A stretch of DNA of 56,042 nt, taken from an uncultured Pseudomonadales bacterium. Its GTDB lineage: Bacteria > Patescibacteriota > Microgenomatia > UBA1400 > UBA12108. The stretch covers positions 1-56,042 of the forward strand of contig CAYFZD010000003.1 in the NCBI GenBank assembly GCA_964347565.1. The letters are read 5' to 3'. Under the pieces are notes generated by a model, which was not told the origin of the DNA, made no database searches, and saw nothing but the letters and a program-made list of their open reading frames with translations. A program made the position numbers and the translations under genes. Shown here piece by piece: positions 1 to 7,324 of the stretch. Within the stretch, counting starts at the first letter, position 1, and the number at the start of each line of letters is the position of its first letter.

Positions 1-59
1 AGTTACAATCAACCTCGAGAAAGGAGAGGTGTTCGGATTCGGATTAGAATTCAGCTCTT

Positions 60-68
60 TGCTACAAT
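60..68 (+). promoter_or_regulatory. extended -10 element TGCTACAAT, 6 nt before the ATG at 75 (leaderless candidate)
   Basis: Read directly; no Shine-Dalgarno between box and ATG. Confidence 0.5.
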
Positions 69-74
69 CATTCA

Positions 75-731
75 ATGAATCAGTCTCAGATTATTTCGGC
101 TGTTGCCCAGCTCGTTAAGCAAAAATTTGACGGTGAGAGTTCCGGTCATGACTGGTGGCACATTTATCGCGTCTGGCAGCTCTCCAAAAACATAGCCGAA
201 TCAGAAGCAGGTGTAGACAGCCTCGTTGTAGAGCTTGGGGCGCTTTTACACGATATCGCCGACTGGAAATTTCACGATGGGAATGAAGAAGTCGGACCCA
301 GTCTGGCAGGAGAAATCTTGCACAAGCTTGGCGTAGAAGAGCCCACTATCTCTCAGGTTCAATCAATTATTAGCCATATTTCCTACAAGGGTGCTAGTGT
401 CGTAGCTGAACCCATGTCCATCGAAGGTCAAATCGTCCAGGATGCGGATAGATTGGATGCAATTGGCGCAATTGGGATCGCCCGCTGTTTTGCTTATGGC
501 GGTAGCGCTAACCGTCCTATGTGGGATCCAAATATCAAACCCACGCTTCACACGAGTAAAGCTGCCTACAAAAACAGTCAAAGTAACTCGATCAATCATT
601 TTTACGAAAAGCTTTTTCTTCTCAAAGATCGCATGAATACCCAAACTGGCAAGCAGCTTGCAACCAGTCGCCACACTTACTTGGAACAGTTCCTGGCCAA
701 GTTTTATGCAGAATGGGAGGGGAAAGAATAA
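75..731 (+). CDS. HD-domain metal-dependent phosphohydrolase
   Basis: 218-aa ORF with HD signature LGALLHDIADWKF and QDADRLDAIGAIGIARCF. Confidence 0.8.
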   Translation: MNQSQIISAVAQLVKQKFDGESSGHDWWHIYRVWQLSKNIAESEAGVDSLVVELGALLHDIADWKFHDGNEEVGPSLAGEILHKLGVEEPTISQVQSIISHISYKGASVVAEPMSIEGQIVQDADRLDAIGAIGIARCFAYGGSANRPMWDPNIKPTLHTSKAAYKNSQSNSINHFYEKLFLLKDRMNTQTGKQLATSRHTYLEQFLAKFYAEWEGKE

Positions 732-737
732 GTAGAT

Positions 738-977
738 TTATTCTGGCTCTAAATTTCTTTGTCCACAATATATCGCCGCACCAATTATTCCCGCCTCTAC
801 GCCAGCGAGGATAAGATAGGGCAACAAAACAAAGAAATTGCCACCACCCTCACTTTGTATCCGGGTCGCCTCTTCGACTGATAGAGCGACGCCAAAAGGT
901 AAAACTAGAATCGCCATGATGACTAGACTAATCGTTGATTCGACCCACATACGATCACCATTATCAGTTTCACTCAT
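738..977 (-). CDS. small membrane protein, two predicted TM helices, function unknown
   Basis: 79-aa ORF with two hydrophobic stretches (ISLVIMAILVLPFGVAL, LLPYLILAGVEAGIIGAAIY); own -10 box 7 nt upstream of the ATG. Confidence 0.5.
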   Translation of the reverse strand: MSETDNGDRMWVESTISLVIMAILVLPFGVALSVEEATRIQSEGGGNFFVLLPYLILAGVEAGIIGAAIYCGQRNLEPE

Positions 978-984
978 AGTTAGT

Positions 985-990
985 ATTTTA
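985..990 (-). promoter_or_regulatory. -10 element TAAAAT, 7 nt before the ATG at 977 (leaderless candidate)
   Basis: Reverse complement of ATTTTA at 985-990. Confidence 0.4.
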
Positions 991-993
991 CTC

Positions 994-1002
994 TGCTATA
1001 AT
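994..1002 (+). promoter_or_regulatory. extended -10 element TGCTATAAT, 7 nt before the alaS ATG (leaderless candidate)
   Basis: Read directly; no Shine-Dalgarno. Confidence 0.55.
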
Positions 1003-1009
1003 TCACCCC

Positions 1010-2797
1010 ATGAAAGCATCGGAAATCCGCGCCAAATACCTCAAATTTTTTGCTGATCGCGGCCACGCGGTCATCCCTGCTGCGCCGATTGTGCCACCGG
1101 ATGACCCCACTACCCTATTTACGAGCTCGGGGATGCAGCAGATGGTGCCGTACTTAAAAGGCGCCAAGCACTCAATGGGCGTCCGCATCGTCGACTCTCA
1201 GCCCTCACTGCGCACCGAGGACATCGAAGAGGTTGGCGACAACCGCCACACCTGCATGTTTGAAATGCTAGGCAACTGGTCGCTTGGTGATTATTTCAAA
1301 AAAGAACAACTCCCTTGGATCTGGGAATTTTTTACCATTGAGCTTGGGCTACCCAAAGAAAAGTTGTACGTCACTCTTTTCGAAGGCAACGACTTTGTCG
1401 CCAAAGATCTCGAGTCCTACGAAATCTGGAAATCCCTTGGCGTGGCAGATGACCATATTGTGTACTACCCAGGCAAAAAGAACTGGTGGAGTAGGGCCGG
1501 CACGCCCGATCAAATGCCCGTGGGCGAGATTGGCGGCCCCACCTCCGAAATATTCTTTGAATTTACGGATGTCGTCCACGATAGCAAATTTGGCGACAAA
1601 TGCCACCCCAACTGTGACTGTGGCAAGTTTTTAGAGATCGGTAACTCAGTGTTTATGGCTTACGAAAAAATCGAAGGTGGCCTTAAGCCACTTCCCTCAC
1701 TTAACGTCGATTTTGGTGGTGGACTCGAGCGCCTCGCCGCGGCTGTCAACAACGATCCCGATATCTTCAAAATCGATATGTTTACTTCGATAATTCGAAT
1801 CATCGAAGTATCTGCGAACAAGAAATACTCAGGTCAATATTTAGCGCCCATGCGTGTCATCGCCGACCACCTCCGCGCCGCCACCTTTATGATTGCTCAG
1901 GGTATCGAGCCCAGCAACAAGCTTCAGGGTTACATCCTCCGTCGCCTCTTGCGCCGTGCTTCTGTTCGCTCCCGTCTCCTTGGCGCTGATACCAAAAAGA
2001 TCTTTCTCGAATGCATCCCGGCGATTGTTAAAGAATATGCGGACGCAGATTTTATCAATGCTTCGGTCGCGCCTCATGTCCAAGGAATTATTTCGCAGGA
2101 GCTGGACAAATTTGGTAAAGCGCTCGACAAAGGATTAAAGGAGATTAACCACACTGACGTCCAACTCATCGACGCTCAATTTGCCTTCAATCTCTACCAA
2201 AGCCTCGGTTTCCCCTACGAAATTACCCGTGACTTGCTCGCCGAAAAGAATATTAAGCTCGACCAAGCCGAGTTCGACGCCATCTTTGCCGCCCACAAAG
2301 AGGGGAGTCGCACGGCTAGCGCCGGCATGTTCAAAGGTGGTCTGGCCGACCAGTCTGAGATCACGACCAAGTATCACACCGCCACCCATCTCCTGCACCA
2401 GGCACTCCACGATGTACTGGGAGAAGAAATCCAGCAAGCAGGGAGCAATATCACAAGTGAGCGCCTGCGCTTTGACTATACCTACAGCGGCAAACCCACT
2501 CCTGAGCAACTCAAACAAATTGAGAAAATTATTAACGAGAAAATTGCAGCCGATCTCCCCGTGACCAAAACTATTGAGGACAAGGACGCGGCGATCAAGT
2601 CCGGCGCCCGTGCTTTTTTTGCCGAGAAATATCCTGACAAAGTTAGCGTATTCTCGATCGGTGACTACTCTAGAGAACTCTGCGGTGGCCCTCACGTCGA
2701 ACATACTGGATTGATCGGCGCCGTCGAGATCACTAAAGACGAGGCTCTTGGCAGTGGCAAGCGCCGCATTTATGCTATCCTTAAGTCATGGAAATAG
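1010..2797 (+). CDS. alaS: alanine--tRNA ligase, short form (catalytic plus editing domain, no C-Ala domain)
   Basis: N-terminus KYLKFFADRGHAVIPAAPIVPPDDPTTLFTSSGMQQ; editing-domain motifs HTATHLLHQALH and CGGPHV; only 595 aa. Confidence 0.93.
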   Translation: MKASEIRAKYLKFFADRGHAVIPAAPIVPPDDPTTLFTSSGMQQMVPYLKGAKHSMGVRIVDSQPSLRTEDIEEVGDNRHTCMFEMLGNWSLGDYFKKEQLPWIWEFFTIELGLPKEKLYVTLFEGNDFVAKDLESYEIWKSLGVADDHIVYYPGKKNWWSRAGTPDQMPVGEIGGPTSEIFFEFTDVVHDSKFGDKCHPNCDCGKFLEIGNSVFMAYEKIEGGLKPLPSLNVDFGGGLERLAAAVNNDPDIFKIDMFTSIIRIIEVSANKKYSGQYLAPMRVIADHLRAATFMIAQGIEPSNKLQGYILRRLLRRASVRSRLLGADTKKIFLECIPAIVKEYADADFINASVAPHVQGIISQELDKFGKALDKGLKEINHTDVQLIDAQFAFNLYQSLGFPYEITRDLLAEKNIKLDQAEFDAIFAAHKEGSRTASAGMFKGGLADQSEITTKYHTATHLLHQALHDVLGEEIQQAGSNITSERLRFDYTYSGKPTPEQLKQIEKIINEKIAADLPVTKTIEDKDAAIKSGARAFFAEKYPDKVSVFSIGDYSRELCGGPHVEHTGLIGAVEITKDEALGSGKRRIYAILKSWK

Positions 2798-4944
2798 GTA
2801 ATTTTTTGGGCAAACTCAAGGGTGAAGACAAAAAACCTCCTCAGCAATTCTTAGCCCTGGTCTTAACCGACGAAGTCGTCCAGGCCGCTGTCTGGAATGT
2901 TGTCGCCGGTCAAACAAATATTGTCTCCCAGGGCGCCCCCGTCGAGTGGGATGGGGATACTGCTACCACCAACGAACTCGTGACAGCCGTCGACGCCACC
3001 ATCTCTAGCGCCACTGATGGCTTAGATCAGGAGCCTAGTAGTGTGATCCTGGGTATTCCCCTAGGCTGGTCCGATAAAAACGGGGTTCTGGGAGTAAAAC
3101 GTAGCCTGATCAACCAGATTCGCAAAGATCTCGACCTCACGGCTTTGGGCTACGTCACGATCACTGATAGTATTTTGAGTTACCTCAAGTTACAAGAGGG
3201 GACTCCCTCTACTTCTATCCTCATCCACGTCAGTCGTGACGAATTTGTTATATGTCTCGTCCGTTTAGGGAGAGTGGAGGCGGTCGAAACCATCGGTCGT
3301 AGCGATGATGAGGTGGCTGATATCACTGAGGCACTCACTCGTTTCAAAAATCTAGACAACTTGCCCTCTCGCATTATCCTCTTTAACAGTATGCATGGAC
3401 TTGACGATATTATCCAAAATCTCCTGAGCGTAGATTGGCAAAAAGATTTTAACTTCCTCCATATCCCCAAAATAGAATCGCTTCCCAAAGACGTCACCAT
3501 CTGTGCCCTCGTCACTGCCGGGGGAGCCGAGATTGCCAAATCTCTCGGTTTCTCAGTCACAGAAACCTCGCCTACAACGCCAGACCTTACAGGTCCAGAG
3601 GATCCCGATCCAGATCTCTTGTCGCCAGAGGAGATCGGCTTCACCGATTCTTCTAGCGAAAAAGTTGATTTTATCGATCCCGACGACGAGCCCGAGTTCG
3701 TTCCTGAGTCAGAGCCACCCGCCCCCAGCGTGATCAAACCTCGCTTTGTCATCCCTAAGTTCACACTACCCAAACTCACTTACCCCAAGCTCAAACTTGA
3801 TTTCTCCAGAGTAAAACGTCACTGGTGGGTCCTTGGCTCAATCTTGGTCGCGCTCGTCCTCCTTGCTTTTTATTTAATTTGGTTCCTCCCTAGCGCCACC
3901 CTAGATATCCACGTGTCTCCTAAAACGCTCGACGAAAACGTTGAACTCACACTCTCTACCACCGCGACTGATGTTGATTTTAACGCTCGCATCGTCCCCG
4001 CCACCACCGAAGAAGTTGAGGAGAGTGGTGAAAAAACTGTGACTACAACAGGTAAAAAAATCGTCGGGGAAGTGGCTAAAGGTGAAGTCACGCTTTATAA
4101 CCGTACCACCTCCGTCAAGAATTTTACCAAAGGCACAACCCTCGCATTAGGCAAACTCAAGTTTACCCTCGACTCTGATGTACTTGTCGCCTCCAAATCT
4201 GCTGGTTCTGACTACGTGGATGTGCCCGGCAAAGCCAATGTGGGCGTCTCAGCGGTGGCGATCGGAGCAGAGAGCAATCTACCCTCTGGCAGTGAACTAC
4301 ACGTTGCTAGCTTTAGCAAGGATTCCTATGTCGCCAAGAATGAGTCAGAGCTCAGTGGCGGAACCTCGGAAGAAATTCAAGTTGTTGGTAAGGACGATCA
4401 AAAATCCTTGGTCAAAGAGCTCACGACCCAGATCATGGATAATTTTACGACTCAAGCAGAGGACACATATCTGATCCCCAGTTCACTTAAAATAAAGAGC
4501 GAGGATTACTCAGCCAAAGTGGGGGATAAGGCCACAGCCCTCACCCTCAAGTTAAGCCTCTCAGGTACCCTCTTACGTTATCAAACTAGTGATGTCACCA
4601 ACCTCGTCAACTCCGCGATTGATGCCTCTGTGCCCCCTGGGTATGTGCGGGCCAATCTCCCTTCCTCTGTTGAGCTTACTGCAACAACTACAGGAGACAA
4701 TTCCGACAGTGTCGAGGGCAACGCCAAAGTCTCCGTCACTCTTTTACCCGTCCTTGACCTTCTATCATTAAAAAAGGCTTTGTCAGGCAAAAATACGCAA
4801 GTAGTTGAGGAGGTATTGAGTTCATCAGTCCCTGGATATCTCGATTTTAATTTAGAGTTATTACCCCGCTTCTTGCCTCCGCGCCTTCGAGTTATGCCCT
4901 ACAATACGCGCGCTATCAACATCAATCTATCTCCCGCTTTATGA
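2788..4944 (+). CDS. large single-pass membrane protein: cytoplasmic N-domain (possibly degenerate actin-like FtsA/PilM fold), acidic Pro-rich linker, TM helix, beta-rich ectodomain (baseplate-J-like by recollection)
   Basis: 718-aa ORF; linker PEDPDPDLLSPEE..DPDDEPEFVPESEPP; TM WWVLGSILVALVLLAFYLIWFLP; ectodomain motif GEVAKGEVTLYNRTTSVKNFTKGTTLALGKLKFTLDSDVLVAS. Coding is confident; the domain calls are by eye only. Confidence 0.6.
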   Translation: MEIGNFLGKLKGEDKKPPQQFLALVLTDEVVQAAVWNVVAGQTNIVSQGAPVEWDGDTATTNELVTAVDATISSATDGLDQEPSSVILGIPLGWSDKNGVLGVKRSLINQIRKDLDLTALGYVTITDSILSYLKLQEGTPSTSILIHVSRDEFVICLVRLGRVEAVETIGRSDDEVADITEALTRFKNLDNLPSRIILFNSMHGLDDIIQNLLSVDWQKDFNFLHIPKIESLPKDVTICALVTAGGAEIAKSLGFSVTETSPTTPDLTGPEDPDPDLLSPEEIGFTDSSSEKVDFIDPDDEPEFVPESEPPAPSVIKPRFVIPKFTLPKLTYPKLKLDFSRVKRHWWVLGSILVALVLLAFYLIWFLPSATLDIHVSPKTLDENVELTLSTTATDVDFNARIVPATTEEVEESGEKTVTTTGKKIVGEVAKGEVTLYNRTTSVKNFTKGTTLALGKLKFTLDSDVLVASKSAGSDYVDVPGKANVGVSAVAIGAESNLPSGSELHVASFSKDSYVAKNESELSGGTSEEIQVVGKDDQKSLVKELTTQIMDNFTTQAEDTYLIPSSLKIKSEDYSAKVGDKATALTLKLSLSGTLLRYQTSDVTNLVNSAIDASVPPGYVRANLPSSVELTATTTGDNSDSVEGNAKVSVTLLPVLDLLSLKKALSGKNTQVVEEVLSSSVPGYLDFNLELLPRFLPPRLRVMPYNTRAININLSPAL

Positions 4945-5684
4945 CCTATCGCTATGTCAAAGCTCCACCTGGCTTCCAGTTAGCCCCCACGCTTGGGCTT
5001 CGCCAAAAATTTCGCTACGTAGTTTCATTATTTTTGATTACCCTAGGCGTGGCGACTTTTACGACTGTTGCCTATCCCTTGATTAGTTATCAAATTGTGT
5101 ATGCTCCCCGTTTCCAAAAAAGCGATATCCTCTCCCCACTCTCACAGTCTCCCATAAAACAAGCCAGAGCCGAAGATACCCCCACCTTTGTTGACGAAGT
5201 GATCAATACCTCTCTAGACTACACAGACTCGGCTAGCTGGTTTTACGATACCAAGAAGCCCCAGCCAGCTAGCTCTGTGCTCTCCTACGTTCTCTCCATT
5301 CCTAAACTCGGGATTGACCATGCCGTCGTACGCAATGATCACACCGATCTTAAGCAATCGCTCATTCATTATGTGGGTACAGCCATGCCCGGTGACTTGG
5401 GCAACGCCGTCATCTTCGGTCATTCGGTACTACCACAGTTCTTTAACCCTCAGAATTATTTAACTATTTTTTCCACCCTTCACACCCTCCGTCCAGGGGA
5501 CTTGATCGAGATCTCTGCGGACGGGGCTACATATGAGTATAAAATTTCACAGATGTATGAAGCTGGTCCCGACGACCTCTCCCCCCTTGCCCAAGTATAT
5601 AACGCTCGCACCCTTACCCTCATTACTTGTACTCCTCCAGGGACTTACCTACGCCGCTTGATCATCAAGGCTTACATTATATGA
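4941..5684 (+). CDS. sortase-family transpeptidase
   Basis: N-terminal TM; catalytic His context AVIFGHSV; Cys/Arg context LTLITCTPPGTYLRRLII; ATGA overlap with the upstream gene. Confidence 0.85.
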   Translation: MTYRYVKAPPGFQLAPTLGLRQKFRYVVSLFLITLGVATFTTVAYPLISYQIVYAPRFQKSDILSPLSQSPIKQARAEDTPTFVDEVINTSLDYTDSASWFYDTKKPQPASSVLSYVLSIPKLGIDHAVVRNDHTDLKQSLIHYVGTAMPGDLGNAVIFGHSVLPQFFNPQNYLTIFSTLHTLRPGDLIEISADGATYEYKISQMYEAGPDDLSPLAQVYNARTLTLITCTPPGTYLRRLIIKAYII

Positions 5685-6067
5685 CCAAATATTTAGGGAT
5701 CGATTATGGTCTCTCACACGTCGGCCTCGCCACCTCGGAGTCAACACTGGCCACGCCTTTGCCCAGCCTCAAAAATGATGTTTCCCTCCTGTCGCGCCTT
5801 CACTCTCTGATCCAATCCGAAAAAATTACCCACATCATCTGTGGTCTACCCGAGGGACGTCTTGACCCCCTCATTCGTCGTTTCGCTCACCAGTTGACCA
5901 AAATATCTGGGATCAAAGTAGTCCCACATCCAGAAACACTCTCCACTCAGGAAGCCAAGCAAAAATTGCGTGAGTCTGGTGCCAATCGTACAAAAAGACA
6001 TAACGATCATGCCTATGCCGCCTGCCTCATCCTAGAGGATTACTTGGAGCTCACAGCGACATCCTGA
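5681..6067 (+). CDS. ruvX: Holliday-junction resolvase-like nuclease RuvX/YqgF
   Basis: MTKYLGIDYGLSHVGLATSE N-terminus; ATG at 5681 overlaps the sortase stop (ATGA); the track ORF from 5627 is a 5-prime overextension. Confidence 0.85.
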   Translation: MTKYLGIDYGLSHVGLATSESTLATPLPSLKNDVSLLSRLHSLIQSEKITHIICGLPEGRLDPLIRRFAHQLTKISGIKVVPHPETLSTQEAKQKLRESGANRTKRHNDHAYAACLILEDYLELTATS

Positions 6068-6082
6068 GCATAGTCGAAGGAT
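6061..6082 (+). repeat. 22-bp direct repeat, copy 1: ATCCTGAGCATAGTCGAAGGAT
   Basis: Identical to 6290-6311; overlaps the ruvX stop codon. Confidence 0.9.
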
Positions 6083-6091
6083 AGAATTTGC

Positions 6092-6099
6092 TGTATACT
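6092..6099 (+). promoter_or_regulatory. extended -10 element TGTATACT, 6 nt before the ATG at 6106
   Basis: Read directly. Confidence 0.45.
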
Positions 6100-6105
6100 C
6101 AATGT

Positions 6106-6279
6106 ATGTTAAAAAGCATTATCGCTCCTATCCAATCCTGGCTCTTGAGTAATGGTCAGTGCGTAGGCTGTGGTCGCAAACTCGGACCCGGGGCCAAATT
6201 TACCTGCAAATGCGGACGCATTTTTATCTATGACAAAACGACCAAAAAATACCGCCGCGCGCTCTTCAGTGAGGTCTAA
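6106..6279 (+). CDS. 57-aa putative zinc-ribbon protein
   Basis: CVGCGRKL..(9)..CKCGRIF four-Cys pattern; TGTATACT extended -10 box sits 6 nt upstream of the ATG at 6106; overlaps the mltG start by 50 nt in another frame. Confidence 0.45.
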   Translation: MLKSIIAPIQSWLLSNGQCVGCGRKLGPGAKFTCKCGRIFIYDKTTKKYRRALFSEV

Positions 6280-7183
6280 ACCGAAACTGATCCTGAGCAT
6301 AGTCGAAGGATTAGCCGCAATTATCTTCTTCGCCGGCATCTATCTCTATGTCCTCACGTTGCCAGTTTCCAAAAGTACAGCCACCATCGAATTTGAGATT
6401 AAAAAAGGCGAAAGTGTCAAAGCCGTCGCCACTCGACTTGATTCTCTGGGGTTAATCCGCTCACCCCTCCTCTTCCGCTTGATCGTCCGTCAGAACAAAC
6501 TCATTGTCCAAGCAGGCACCTATCAGCTCTCGCCGTCACTTACGCCTAGCATTCTCGCCCAAACCCTCACCAAAGGTCTCTCAGTTGATCGCAAACTCAC
6601 GATCCCCGAAGGATTCCGTAGAGAACAGATTGCAGAAGTCTCTGGACTACCAACCCAAGACTTTCTCCTCGCAGCTAAGGGATTAGAGGGTCAGCTCTTC
6701 CCCGACACCTACTTCATCAAAGAGGGGATTACTGCTTCTGAACTAGTAAAAATCATGCACGACAATTTCGTCAAAAAAGTCGGCGAGATCGATGAACAGA
6801 CCCTGATACTGGCCTCACTCGTTGAGCGTGAAACCAAAGGGGATGCCGAAAAACCCGTCGTCGCGGGAATTCTCAAAAAACGCCTCGCAGCTGGCTGGCC
6901 ACTCGAGCTTGACGCTACAGTTCAGTATTTCCTTGGCAAGCCTGGTAACTGGTGGCCCAACACCACCTTGCTCGATCGCAAGTTAAAATCTGTGTTCAAT
7001 ACCTATCTCCACACAGGGCTTCCTCCCTCACCCATTGGCAATCCTGGACTCTCCAGTATCCAGGCAGCGCGCAATCCAACGGACTCCCCCTATTGGTTCT
7101 ATTTGCACGACAAATCCGGCACTATTCGATATGGCGAGACCCTTGCCACCCACAACGCCAATATTGCCAAATACATCAGATAG
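6230..7183 (+). CDS. mltG: endolytic murein transglycosylase MltG (YceG family)
   Basis: Basic N-terminus plus TM (GLAAIIFFAGIYLYVL); motifs IPEGFRREQI, LFPDTYF, LASLVERET, NTYLHTGLPPSPIGNPG. Confidence 0.9.
   Translation: MTKRPKNTAARSSVRSKPKLILSIVEGLAAIIFFAGIYLYVLTLPVSKSTATIEFEIKKGESVKAVATRLDSLGLIRSPLLFRLIVRQNKLIVQAGTYQLSPSLTPSILAQTLTKGLSVDRKLTIPEGFRREQIAEVSGLPTQDFLLAAKGLEGQLFPDTYFIKEGITASELVKIMHDNFVKKVGEIDEQTLILASLVERETKGDAEKPVVAGILKKRLAAGWPLELDATVQYFLGKPGNWWPNTTLLDRKLKSVFNTYLHTGLPPSPIGNPGLSSIQAARNPTDSPYWFYLHDKSGTIRYGETLATHNANIAKYIR
6290..6311 (+). repeat. 22-bp direct repeat, copy 2
   Basis: Identical to 6061-6082; encodes ILSIVEG of the MltG TM region. Confidence 0.9.
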
Positions 7184-7203
7184 ACCAATATTGACTAAAA
7201 CCC

Positions 7204-7232
7204 TTGACGTCCAGCTCTAGTTATGTTTTAAT
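7204..7232 (+). promoter_or_regulatory. sigma70-like promoter TTGACG-17 nt-TTTAAT upstream of rpoB
   Basis: Spacing counted by hand; implies a leader of roughly 85 nt ending in a GAGGT Shine-Dalgarno. Confidence 0.45.
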
Positions 7233-7324
7233 ACTCTCTTGCCCCAGTTACGTTGTTGGGCGTACAACTCAAATAGTACGTCCAATTTTATATTTGTGGC
7301 CAATCAAGAAGAGGTAATCACCCC

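Noticed and set aside
32-45. Tandem TTCGGATTCGGATT near the window start
   Set aside because: It is only two copies of a 7-mer in a promoter-proximal spacer, which is too short to call a repeat feature.
3766-3783. LPKLT within FTLPKLTYPKL of the 718-aa protein, considered as a possible sortase motif
   Set aside because: It lacks the Gly of LPxTG. It sits mid-protein on the predicted cytoplasmic side of the only TM helix and is not followed by a C-terminal hydrophobic tail and basic anchor.
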